From: Takakia lepidozioides | Taxonomy: Eukaryota; Plantae; Bryophyta | Direction of reading: 5' to 3' | NCBI GenBank assembly: GCA_030704615.1 | Contig: CM060734.1 | Coordinates: forward strand, 49,910,001-49,974,000 | DNA: 64,000 bases | Part shown: positions 30,301 to 42,548 of the stretch, one piece after another | How positions within the stretch are numbered: the stretch's first letter is position 1 | Layout of the letters: every line of letters starts with the position of its first letter | Translations under genes and position numbers: made by a program | Notes under the pieces: model-generated | The model's input: the letters and a program-made list of their open reading frames with translations, nothing else | Told to the model about the DNA's origin: nothing | The model's database searches: none

Positions 30301-32829
30301 AATCGCCAGACTTTAGCCATATTTGGCAGGGCAGATCAGATGGAATCCTTTTTCATCATATGTCCCCTTTCAGCCAAATGGTATTTTTCTTTGATTCATC
30401 AGAATCTTCTGTCAATCAACCTTGCCAACTCAGGAGGAAACTCCGGTGGAGCACCTATCTTTGCTCTACTTGACACTCTATTTGGTTTGTCTCGGATAAA
30501 CTTTGTCATTTCATCTCTCAACTGTCTCTAACCTCTTTTGACAACCACTTTTTGGTAACTACAATAGAGATGAGGAAGCCCTCATCTCTTGTACGAAAAT
30601 GTGGGCTCACTCAGGAGGCTGCTGGAATTTCCGACACGTCCACATTTTGGAAAATGGCTCTCTCTTGCATGTGGTTATTGTCACAACCTCTATGTCGACT
30701 AGTCGTGCGGTGGTAGGTTGGTATCTGATAACTGAAACCCGTTTCATGGGTCTCCCTCTATTCTTTTCCAATTAACCAGTGGCTTCTTTCAGTTTGGCTG
30801 GGAAGAGCATACATCTCCAATCTTTTTGCTCTTTATATCACATTCTGCAATGCTGGTTTACTGGATTTAGAGTTCATAACTCTGGTTCTCTTTATGCTCC
30901 TTCCAGGGCTGTTGTCCCTAAGCAAGATGCTATTCGAGTTTACTGTCTTACTTCAGAAAAAGTATCACGGCCTTTTGCCATGAGGGCAGAGGTCGAGATA
31001 CAAAAAGGGCAATCTATGTGATGGGGGTATAGGCAGCAGTATGAGTGGGGACTGAACAACCCTTGAGTCCCGAAGGCACTCAAGAAGGCAGAGGCGCTCA
31101 CTATGTGGAGCCCTGCAACCCGATTGCGGTGGGGGCTCCAAGTGGGGTGGTCGTACTAGCATATTAGGAACTTGTAGCGGGGGTGGCATATGTAGGACTC
31201 ACCGCGGGGCTGAGGCCTTGCGGTGGGAGACATGGGAAGCATTGGGGCTCACTGTGGTCCATTGGGGTTGTGGTGGGTGGGCCAAGACTCATCGCGACTC
31301 ATCATAGGGAGTCGAGGTTCACGATGGTGGTTCACCAGAAATGATATGGGCTGTTTGTGTCACCTCCCCCGACACCTATAGAAGTATATGTAGGGAGTTG
31401 TAATCGTGAAAACGGTGCAAGCCCGTTCAGCAACCAAAATCTAGTGAAGTAAGCAAGCGAATTGGAAAGTGACAAGTGTGGGAGCTAGTCCGGACTGCCT
31501 TCAACCAATAGGGATTTCCACCGTACCCGAGTGGTTGGGGATCATGTGAGGGGGGACGTTATGCCCCGGTGAGCAACCGAAGCTCCAAGTTGGTCCAGTG
31601 GCCAGTTTGAGAATTAGATGCACGCACCAAAGCGAGTAACTATGACTTGAAGGGGAGTTTATCAAAGTAAGGTGCGCATCAAGAAGTTAACCTCGTCCCT
31701 CCAATTGACATCTTATTCGGGATCTATTCGCTGGTTCCTCTCTGCCCTTCTCAATCAACTGCAATTTGATTTGATTAGGGGAATGGATTTGGATGGACAA
31801 GAAGCACAAACTTTCTTTGGTTATTTTCACTCCTCAAACTTGCGTTATTGATGAACTCTAAATGGTCCCACAAATGGGATCATCTTCAAGGTACTCCTTC
31901 TTTCTAGAAATAAATTTGGAAATATTTAGATAAAAGATCAAGCCTCCAAACTAAGCGGGATCCTTTGGAAAATAGTTAATAGAATATTATCAGTTGGAGA
32001 TTTCATTTTTTAGAACATGTCACCTTGTGAATGTTGTCTTTTGCATCAGTCAGTTTCAATCGAGCATTGTTTCATTTGTGGCACTTATGCTTATACAGCG
32101 TGGCATTATGCTCTTTCCTACAGACATCTTCCAACAAATATGTTGGTTTTCTTTCTTAGTCTCCAGTTTGGTTCTATTTGGAATCAATGCCCTGTTTGGG
32201 CATCTCTTCGTGCTTATGTTCTCTAGCATATATAAAGACCAATGGATAATTTTGTACATTCATTCCAACATTCAAGAAAACAGCCATTAACAGCGGGGAT
32301 GAAGGAGAGGGGGCCATAATGAGGAGGATGAAGGAGAGGAGGAGACAATGTGTTGACGAACCAGTAGACTCTAGAGGGAGGAGATATTGGTGACAATTCA
32401 TGGGAATCATTTGGGAATCATTTGGGAAACAGTGTCAAGATTTGAGATTGATGATCTATCTATCTCATTTTACATGTGCGTGAGCCCTTTTGTTTTGTCC
32501 TGTTTCTTAATTTGCAAATTTTGGAAAAAATGACGAAGCCCCAAAAGATGAGTGTGGTTTTTTTTTTTTTTTTTTTTTTTTGGTGAACATGGTACAGAGG
32601 CCCTGGATCGAAACTTTATTGAGGAATTATTTGAAGGGAAAAAAATTAAAACCTTTGAGTGCCATAAGGCTGTTCGCACGGAAGCCGTGCTGGATTACTA
32701 AGAACCGTTACTGGAAGATATAATGTGGACTTGAAACTCCACTAGAAGACCAAGGCCTTGATCAGGCATGCTGCCTAAGGTAAGTGAGCCCTTCTAAGGG
32801 GGCTTGCACCCATGATGGATGCCAATTAA

Positions 32830-33481
32830 CCCTTAAACGCCCAGTGCCATAGTTTGATTTTTTCATAAAACATGACCCCTTAAGTGAAAAAAAGGTGTAA
32901 CTTTCAGAAAATTAACTTTTTAAAGAACTTGACCGCACATTAGGTGCGTACCTTCCTCCTGCATCCACCTGCCGAATTTGAGGCCAATCAGCCCCAGATC
33001 CACAAAACGACATCGTTGAATGTGGGCCCCATTATTGGGGCCCTTTTGAGAAACATATCCATTTTGGGTAATTTTTTTAAAGATTTGAGTGACAGGATCA
33101 AATGGGATTGAGGCGAAATTAGCAGGGTTTCATCCTCTTGAGATCCCTCATCCAACAAGCCAAAAAGTATCCAATTTGGCCAATGCATGTGATGTTGCCA
33201 CTTGGTCAAACCCGGGAAAATCCCATGTTTCTCTCCCTCTCTCACACACGTGTGAAGAATGAAACAACGAGAATTACCTTTATCAAATCGTGACCCCCCT
33301 GCTCGCGTGATGAGACCTCTTTGCAACTTGGCAGATCCGAGGCAATCGGGCAATGAATCTTGGTGTGCCAGGTGCCCAAGAACACTATATTTTTTTTCAC
33401 ACAATTACATGGAGAATGCAAAAAGTTATTCAGATTTTCTTAAACCCAAAAGCCCGAAACGGGCTACTGGGCGTTTAAGGG
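32830..33481. mobile_element. Non-autonomous piggyBac-type element (652 bp)
   Basis: Perfect 16-bp TIRs CCCTTAAACGCCCAGT (32830-32845) and ACTGGGCGTTTAAGGG (33466-33481); TTAA on both sides (32826-32829, 33482-33485); no transposase ORF. Confidence 0.85.
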
Positions 33482-34340
33482 TTAAACGACTAATAGCGAT
33501 TAGCTAAACGGCGGGCTGCCTAAAAATGCAGAGCTTAACCAAAGGGGAATTTGTCCATGCTGGGCAAAAAAGACTAAAGCGAGGAAGCTGAGCAGGGGGA
33601 GAGAAAGAGAGGGAGCCCTACAGAGAGGGTAGGGTGTAGGTGCCCTTTAACCTCAATGGGAGGTCCCCTCTTTAAGAAAAGAAAAAAGAAAAAAGAATAA
33701 AATGGAGGTTATGTTTGTAAAGCCCCATACTTGCTTAGCCTGGAAATAGCCCGTTTCATCCAAAACGGCGATACACATCCATAGTATATTTTTTTGGCGT
33801 ATAAAGCTGTTAAACCGTTACAATGATATCTAGGTTAGGGTTAGTTTTTGCCGGTGGCTCGATCCTGGCCCTTCATCAGATCTAGGGCTACAAGGCGGTG
33901 CCGTGGGCCTTGGCCTGTGATGCCTCGCCACGCGGCGGGCCACTATGGTTAGGGCTTTTGTATAGTGTATATGTGATTTGAGTGTACAAACTTTGGATGA
34001 GAGCTCCTGTCTGTCAGATCCGCCTGCTTGATCCTCCTCTCGCGCATTGCCTGCTCTTTCGCTTGCCCCTTTGTTGTGAAAACACGTTTCTTGAGAGGAA
34101 GGGAGTATATGCTTCAGGCTCGTTTTGTGGTGGAGAGAAGTCGGGTAGCGTCTAGGTGTTTTAGCATCCACTGCCCACCCTGATAGCATTTGTTGGGTTG
34201 TTGAGGGATATGCGCGCTAATCTTTTGATCGTTGCTCTCTAATCAGTCTGGTCTGATGGCGGCCAACCACCTTGCGATGTTTTCTCCTGCTGTTTCGTAT
34301 TTGCTTTCTCACCCTGCTTGTTGTGTTGTGTTGCAGGACG

Positions 34341-35460
34341 ATGGCCTCTGTGCGTAGTACTAGCCGTGTAGCATGCAAAGAGGGAGAAAGCCTGTCGGTG
34401 CAAGTTGAATTGGTTTTTGAGATTAAGACTTTGACAGTAGCGATTGATCTTGCTGTCACTAACCCCTCTTGACGTGCGCTGCTTGGCATTGTGGCCTCGC
34501 CAGTGTCACCCCTGCCTGAACCCAGCACTGATGGTCCTGGTCTTGTCGTGCATCTGAACTCAGCTAGCCTTAGATATGATGTTGATGTGAATGAAACCGA
34601 GGTCTGGTCACCAAGAGATGAGATGTCACCCAGCTCTTTAGATAGCTGTGATCCTGAGTATTATAATTTTGACAATTTCTATGATCCAGGTCCTGATTAC
34701 GAGTGTCCGAGAGAACGAGAGAGAGAGAGTTTGAGAGGGATATTGAGCGCTCTCAGGAATATGATGAGTCTCTAGGAGAGTTGCTTTCGGAGGATGTACA
34801 ATGGTTTGAAAAGTTTGAAGCATCTGTTCGCGAGGATGCTCGTCGTCTGAACAGTCATCACGAAGCGATTTTTGTGCGACCTGGGTCTAATTCTGGCTTT
34901 GGGAGAGAGAGTGCGTTGTGCCATACCTGAGCAGTCGTGGCTGTCATGAACTCCCTACGTTTGCGGCCAGAAGTGTTCAAGGGCGCTCGTCTTTTTCATC
35001 ATCGGCAGGTGGCCTGGGAAGCGCTCGGGCTCCACTTACCATTATCAATTCGCAGTGAGTCGGGTTTGTGGCAGACGACCAAACGGTGTGTCGTAATTAC
35101 AAGCCCACGACAATGGACTTGATGGATGGTCTCGTGGGAAATAGTTTGCATGTGCAGTCATTCGACATCGTGATTTTGCCAGGCACCTGCTTTAGAGAGC
35201 AGCGTGTCCTTTGCCCTCGCGTTGCAGATCACCTGGATAGCTTTCCCAATTCCTCAGTGTTGTCTCGGACGTGGGAGGATAACGGCACGACACGGGTGGG
35301 CTTATGGATTAAGGACGAGAAGGTGTGGGAGTAGCTAGCGTTGGCAGTGTATAGTTCCGATTCCCACGACCTCCTCGAGCTTCTTTCTTACTCTGTTTGG
35401 ACTCCCGAAGCTTCACAGGTGCCAAGCCCAAGGCTGCAACTGCTCATCCTGGCGGCTTAG
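34341..35460 (+). pseudogene. Disrupted intronless ORF of unknown family (~370 codons, acidic central part)
   Basis: ORF pieces 34272-34472, 34491-34775, 34703-34930, 34937-35122 and 35068-35334 chain together through in-frame stops and two frameshifts, one in a (GA)n run. Confidence 0.4.
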
Positions 35461-35541
35461 AGGTTCTTTCTTTTCCACGATTGCCTTTGTTTTTGCATGC
35501 CAAACACATTTGCAAGTTCTTGGTTGCAATCTGGTAGACAG

Positions 35542-36184
35542 TGTCAAGGACGAAAACTGAACACAAACAAGAGATCAGACTAGAGGTACAAGACTAGACA
35601 AGAAGTCAAGGTCGGCGTGGCCGAATGCATGGTGGATAAACATGAATCAAGATGATCTTTATAACAATGGACAAGAGTACAAGATACTGGAACTCGACTC
35701 GAATACTGGAATGCTGGAAACTAGACTGGGGTATCAAATACTGGAAACTAAAAACTGGACTAGAGTATTGGAAACCTGACTGGAGTACTGGGAACAAGAG
35801 TAGCTTGAACTTGTGTTGGCGAGACTGAAGAGTCCAGTCTCGCCTCCTATATATACTGGCTACTAGGAAGCTTCCCTAAGAAGCTTCACAAATAATGGTT
35901 TCTTGCTGGAGAAGGTTCCAGGATTAAACAAAGGTTTCATGATGGAGAAGCTTCCTTAAACAAATGAGGTATCTTGATGGAGAAGTTTCTTCCAAATGAT
36001 GCTTCCTGAGCAGTTTCCCAAGTTATTCTTGGTAATTTGGTAAACTCCCGGTAACTTGATAAATAATGATAAATCATGGTAGATCATGGTAAATCGCGGT
36101 AAGTCATGGTAACTTGATAATATGATAACTTGATAACTTCTAGTATTTATTCCTGGTAAGTTCCTCTGGGCTATGTCCGTGATA
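35542..36184 (-). repeat. 3' LTR of the Tcn1-like chromovirus
   Basis: Directly follows the PPT on the minus strand; terminal inverted motifs T(A)TCACGGAC...GTCCTTGACA; internal CTGGAA-type and GATAA-type short repeats. Confidence 0.75.
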
Positions 36185-39100
36185 TCACCCCCTCCTCTAG
36201 CGCCGAGTTCCTCGAGGAGTGGTAAAATCTTAGACTTGCTTAGAGTTGGAGAAAATCCAAAATCCGACGAATGGTACTTGTCAAGTATTCGGTTCTTCGT
36301 TCTTGACTCAAATGATTTATAGGTCCCTGCAACCATCGATAGTGTCCAACACCTTGAACTTGGGACCACGCAGTGATTTGAGCATTCTGATTCTCGAAGC
36401 TGCCTTCAAACAATTTCGTTGCCCTTTGCGTCCGAAACCTCAACCTCCAACAGAATTATCAGACTTCGAATAGGCTTCACTTGCCGTCGTACGGGGTCCA
36501 GACGAGGAAGTACGTCACATTGGTGGCCCATCGTCTCGAGAGCGTTGGCGTGATGTTGAAGGTCGTGAGAGTCGGAACGGCCGATCTGGTAGCTGGGTAA
36601 GCGACAACTCCAATGTATCTGGTTATTGTGACTCCATACTGCCAGTACAAGATGCAAGAGTGCTGGAAGTGTAGCTATATACTGATGTGTGGTGCTCCTC
36701 CCTGCTTAGCGTGTATCAGGTACATTGAATGTGGAGTCTTCACCTTGAAGCTAACTTGACTGACATCATCATTAGCTTAGCGGGATATCGTTGATGAAAC
36801 TCTTGGACTTTGTCAGATGCATTGGCGAGGTTGGATGAAGGTTCCCACGTTCATTCGCTGATGTCGTAGTCTTTCCAATGTATGAAATACTCAAGACATT
36901 TATATTTGATGCGAGAGTCTAAGACTTCGTCGACTTCATACTCAATTTTCTGATTGACTTCGATTGCGATGGATGATACAACTCCAATAATGAAACATGA
37001 AAGACTGGATGGATGCGCATACTTCGTGGGAGTTCAAGCCGAAAACTGACCGGATTTATTGTCGAATAATTTTGAATGGTCCCAGGCGTTGATAATCCAA
37101 CTTCCTTGATGGTCGCAAGGTCTGTATGTCCCGTCGAAGAAGCCACACACGATCTCCGACCTTGAATTGGGGTTGGAGTTGGCGACGTTGATCTGCATAA
37201 TCCTTGTATTGTTTTTGAGCTTCTGCGAGGTGGAATGTAAGCTCCTTGTGAATCATAACATGATGAGTAGCAAGGTTTTCTGCAGCAGGGTTTCCAACAG
37301 TCTTCATGTGGAAAGGGTTTGATCGAAGATGATGACCATAATTGGAAAAAAAATTGAGTTTGTTTGGTCGAAGAATGTATAATGTTGTTGTACGCAAACT
37401 CAGCCAATGACAGAAGGTCCGTCCAATTATCTTGGTGATAATTTATCGTACAGCGAAGATACTGTTCCAAAATCTGGTTTACACGTTCGATTTGACGATC
37501 AGTCTGTGGATGATTAGCTGTAGAGAGGTTGATCTTAGTATCCAATATGTGAAATAATCCCGTCCAGAAATTTGATATGAACTGTGGTTCTCGATCGGAT
37601 ACGATGTCATTCGGGAGTCCATGAATGCGGTAGATATTATTGAGGAAGAGTCTTGCAGTTTCCTCGCCGGTAACCGTCTCATTACATGGAATGAAATGTG
37701 TCATCTTCGTAAAATGATCTACAATAACAAAGATTGAATCGGTGGTCTTGGAAATTGGAAGGTCCGTAATAAAGTCCATAGACACGGACGACTTTGGACC
37801 CTTGGAAATGGATAATGGTTGAAGAAGGTCGTAAGGTCGATGTCGTGGCCCCTTCGCTCTAGCACACGCGTCGCAAGATTTGATAAATTCTTTCACGAGT
37901 TTCCACATCTGTGGCCACCAATAGTCCCTGGATATCAATTCCATTGTTTTATTGAAGCCGAAATGTCCTGCAGCCGGAAGATCATGACATGTTTGAAGAA
38001 TTCGAAGTCGTATAGGTCCTTGAGGTACATAGAGAAGTCTCTTGAAATAAAGTAAGTCATTTTTGAATTCGAAGTCGTTTATAACATGTGGGTTGTCTCG
38101 AGGTCGATTTAGTTGACTTCGTGGTGTCGTGGCAAATTGGTCGCTCTTCAATGCTTCCAGGATCTCTTTTATGATCTCTACATCATCATAGGTGGACATG
38201 GATAGCATATTCACTTGGAGATTTACTAGTGTCAAGATGATGGATTTCTGTTGGTCAAAAGCTGCATCCCCTTCTTTTGGCGCAAGATACGATCGTCGAG
38301 AAAGAGCATCTAGTTTTCCTTGAAGATGTCTGGGACAGTAGGTAATAACAAAATCAAACCTTGCTAGTGACATACTCCATTTCGCTTGACGTCGATTCAA
38401 AACACGAGCACTCATAAAATACTCGAGGTTTTTGTGATCGGTATAGACTGTGACCTGATGTTTAGCTCCATCCAATAGATGACGTCACTCCTCAAAAACA
38501 TCAATAATCGCTAGAAGTTCTTTGTCATGGATTTCATAATTGATCTCCGCAACGGAAAATTTGCGAAAACCAAAACAAACAGGGTGAAGTCGGTCATATG
38601 TACCGTATTGAGATAGTACCGCGCCAAGTGCAAAGTTCGATGCATCTGCTTCAAAAAAAAATGGTTTAGATGGGTCTGCATGTACAAGTATTGGAGCCGT
38701 TGTGAATGCGTGCTTTAGCCTTTCAAATGCTTGGTCAGCCTTCTCGTCCCATACAAATTTGTCCTTCCCTTTGAGTCGTGTTAATGGTGCAGCAATTTTG
38801 GAGTAGTCCTTGATGAAGATTCTATAGAAATTTACAAATCCTGGAAAACATTGTACATCTCCGACCGAAGTTGGTTTAATCCACTCGATGATGGTTTGTA
38901 TTTTCTTCTAATCCATAAAGACAATAATGTAGCCCAAAAATGCGACTTCAGATTGGTGAAAAATATATTTTCCAACTTGACATATAGTCATTTTTTCCTC
39001 AATTTATCAACGATAAGGCATACATGGCAACCATGTTCTTCTTCATTATGTGAAAATATCAAAATGTCGGCTAAATAGATGACTACAAAGTCATCTAAAA

Positions 39101-39400
39101 ATTCTCGAAAGATGTCATTCATCATGTGTTGAAAAATTGCTGGAACATATGTAAGACCGAAAGACATAACACTGTATTCGAAATGTCCGTACCTTGTGCG
39201 AAAAACAGTCTTCCATTCGTCTCCTTCTTTTATTCGTAAATGTTGTAATCTCCTCTCAAGTCGATCTTTGTGAAAAAATTTGCTCGTCCAAGTTGTTCGA
39301 GGAGTCCGAAAATCAACGGTAGTGGGTAACGATTTTTTATAGTGACTTTGTTGAGCCCACGATAGTCCACACACATGCGTAACGATCCGTTCTTCTTTAT
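35542..39400 (-). mobile_element. Decayed, 5'-truncated Ty3/gypsy chromovirus (Tcn1-like): RT, RNase H, integrase, chromodomain, PPT and 3' LTR
   Basis: RT ([29 protein letters not shown]), RNase H (YTDHKNLEYF), integrase (HDLPAAGHFG...CDAC, SMDFITDLP, SDREPQF), HPVFHVSLL, and chromodomain EYEVDEVLDSR...YFIHWKDY...TWEP (~36940-36830). PPT AGAGGAGGGGGTGA at ~36185-36198. Many frameshifts and stops. Confidence 0.93.
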
Positions 39401-40050
39401 GTAAGTGACAATAGTTACTATGTTTAGGGTTCACTCAGACTTATTGTTTGAGACCAAGAAGGCTTGGCTTGGCTTATGTTATGTGTACATAGTTCTTCTC
39501 AAATGTGTCGATGAATGAAAGTTGCAGCTTCTCAATGGCTTTTGACGTCACATGAGGAAATGAGGTCACCTTTGTACAAGACAAAACGAATAACGAGTTG
39601 ATTGGAACGACACCCTCCTGACAATCTAGGAGGTCGCCTGGACCAGAAAAACCCGTGGTCAATTGAAGACATAGATGTAGTTTTAGAAAACAAAAATTCT
39701 AAGACCCAGCTTTCATTTGAACCCACTAAAAAGAAGCGTAGTAGCTTTTGATGTCCTTCTTCTTGCAGTTTCTTAGGCATCAATTTTATGTGGTTTTGAT
39801 TACGGGACAGTGCCCCCCTTCTTCATCTCCATGGCATGTTATTCAAAATGTTATTTTTTCCTGCTTATGTGTAAAATGCAGGGCTTCTGCCATTTGAATA
39901 TATAAGTGATTTCCATTTAGGGAGATATTTCAAATATACCATGGTCACAAATGGGGAATGACATGGGTGGGTTCCATTTCTATGTCAGATTTCATCACAT
40001 CTTTTTCGCTTTTTCTGTACTCTACAATTGAAACCCTAAATCACCCTTAA

Positions 40051-40688
40051 CCTCTAAACGCCTTTGGGGTTCGTCGACTTTTCCCAAAACAAATGACCCT
40101 TGCACAATAAAAAGAATTGTACTTTGTGGAAAATTTGGAATCTGGAAAATTCAACCAGACAATATGTACCCACCTACCCCCTGGATGCCCTGGCCAAATT
40201 TCAGGCCAATCAAATGAGACATGCAAAAATGCTACCATTGCATGTGGGGGCTTTTATTTGGTATATTTTCCAAAAAAAAAAAATACAAATAAAAACGGAT
40301 ATACTAGGTTTTCGGTTTTGGACGTTGGGTTGAAATTTGTTTGGCTTGGTGGAGACAACCTTTCATCCCAACTACATCTATCTTCAAACCAGCCCAACAC
40401 ATTCGAATTTGGAGCACATTGCACAACGTGGCACTTGGTCAAAGCAAGGGGGGTGAAGAATTGTCATATGAAGTATGAGACAAAAGTTGAATTCTCACAA
40501 GAGTCTCTCTGTTCTTTCTAGCAATGGAACTCTGACAAGAGTCTCTATCTCTCCTTTGAGAGATTGAGAGAGGCAGCAATTACTGCACAAAGCTATGAAT
40601 AAGAGGCAACAACAAGAAGATGCAATAACAACAAATGCAAGACATGAACAAAACAAAACAAGATAGGATTTGACGGCAACAGCAACCT
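40051..40688. mobile_element. Left part of a second piggyBac-like non-autonomous element, interrupted by the gypsy insertion (remainder probably ~53295-53600)
   Basis: TTAA followed by CCTCTAAACGCC resembles the 32830 terminus. Shared internal motifs include AATTT(G/C)AGGCCAATCA and CACTTGGTCAAA, and GTGCCAGG on the far side. No right TIR was found. Confidence 0.4.
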
Positions 40689-41015
40689 TGTCAAGTTATT
40701 TTACCACTAGTGTGAAACTAGCTAGGAAATAGCTATCTTTTACATATTGACATTTGGGATTGGCCCAAGTGTCAATCCAGGGGTCAAGGCAGATTTAGGC
40801 CCTGGAGTGGTTATCTTCACGGCAAGCGCGGGAGGCTCATCTTTCTCGAGTTGAGCCTCACTGCGCCTAGCTATGGCGCCGTAGTGTGGATTCCCCATGG
40901 CGTGGGGTGCACTTGGCTTGACTTGTATTTGAGTGATGAGGTTATATATGCATGAGTTTATGCTTCAGCTTTGTGAGCTCGCATGAGCTTGTGCTTGTAT
41001 TCTTCTTCTTTATCA
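40689..41015 (+). repeat. Terminal repeat segment A1 (327 bp; contains the presumed R-U5)
   Basis: Near-identical to 52257-52583 and 52775-53101; TGTCAAG...TTTATCA. Confidence 0.95.
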
Positions 41016-41027
41016 CTCAAGAAAGAT
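41016..41027 (+). promoter_or_regulatory. Putative self-priming primer binding site
   Basis: CTCAAGAAAGAT sits immediately after A1, lacks the TGG of a tRNA PBS, and is 11/12 complementary to ATCTTTCTCGAG at 40839-40850 inside A1. Confidence 0.6.
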
Positions 41028-42548
41028 CAGCTCGTATCTGTGAGTGCCAGATACGAGTTAGTTGTAGCACTTGTGGTTTTTGCTTGAGAATGAGAGAAAC
41101 CAAGTTGTTATGCAAGGAGCACCGTGGAGCTCTTAGTTGTTAGAAGCGGAGGCGATGTGGGTTACGAGGTGGTAGACATTGGCATTCGATCTTCAGCTTC
41201 AGAGATGAAAGCACCATGCTGCAGGTAATTCCAGAGCACCTTGATGATTCCAGATTGTGTACATGCATGAGCAAGCACGATTGGGAAGAGGACCAGTCAA
41301 GAGCAGGTTATAGTGGCTTTGGTGGCAAAGCTGAGAACTGGACTTGGGAATGCGAGCTTTCATTGTGTGAAGGATTGCAAGACCAAACGAAAGGGCTGAT
41401 TTTGCTTGGGGCAAATCAGTGCACTTTGTGGAGTATGGTGAGATTGGGTTTCAATCTCGAGCTTCAGCATTGAGAGGGCTCTTGTCATGGCAAGAGCAGG
41501 GCTGGAACAGGAGCTAAGAGGTGCGGCAAGGCCATGGAATGTGCACCTAGGGTTTCAGAGCTTGGAAGAAGAGTTCTTGCACCACAAGAGAAGTGTCTTG
41601 TGGCTGGAAATGTAAGCCTTAGGGTTTCAGGAGCTTGGCAAAGGCTATGGAGTGCTTAGTCTTGTCATAGAGAGCATCAAGGAGCCAAGGAGCCAAGATA
41701 GGGGGCTGATATCTCTTGTGTGAAGAGGTTGCATGTGTGGAGCATGTATTCAACTCATTGAAGCTTCCATCTTCAAGCTTGGAGGGCAAGCAAGGAAGAG
41801 GGAAGGGCTGACTTCCCTTATGTGAGGGCAATGTATGTGTGGAGCATGCTATCAGCCTGGTGAAGGCTTGCACTTTTAGGTGTGGGAGTGCAAGAAAGAA
41901 GGAAGGGGCTGGTTTCCCTGTAGGGCATGTAGAGCATGCTTTCAGCCTGCTGAAGCTTGTATTATCAGGTTTGTGGGTGCAAGAAATGAAGCAAAGGAGC
42001 TGATTCTCTTATGGTGAGAGTGGGGCATGTGTGGAGCATGCCTTCAGCCCATTGAGGATCTTGTTTTCAAGCCTTAGAGAGCTAGAACGGAAGGTCTAGG
42101 GCTGGTTTCCACTTGGAGTGAAAGAACAGCACTTGTAGGGCCTATGTGAGTTGGGGTTTCAACTTCAAGCTTGAAGGGAGCGCAACTCTTGAAGCAACAG
42201 GTGTAGAGGGCTGGAATAGGCTCTAAGACAGATGCTATGGCCATGAGGGAGTGCTTGAATGAGTGCTCACAAGGGCTGGGAACCAGCAGGGCTTGGTTGT
42301 TTGCCATTGAGTTTAGTGGCGTGTTTGGGGAGGCTAAGTGAGAAAGAAGGCTTGGTTTGTGGCAACCACCTCATGGCTTAGGGCTACTATGGTGGTGTGT
42401 GGGAGCCGAAAGAGCAAGGATACCTTGCTGATTTCCTCACAGCCACCATAGCTCGGTGGAAAGAAGCCTAGAGTCCAAGAGACACAAACCCTAGCTTGGC
42501 GTGGCTAAACCCCTTGGAGAAATGGCTAAACTGCCAGAGCGGCCATGT

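Noticed and set aside
31017-31374. Short TG...CA bounded segment resembling a solo LTR
   Set aside because: Only weak terminal inverted similarity, no exact TSD, and no second copy in the window.
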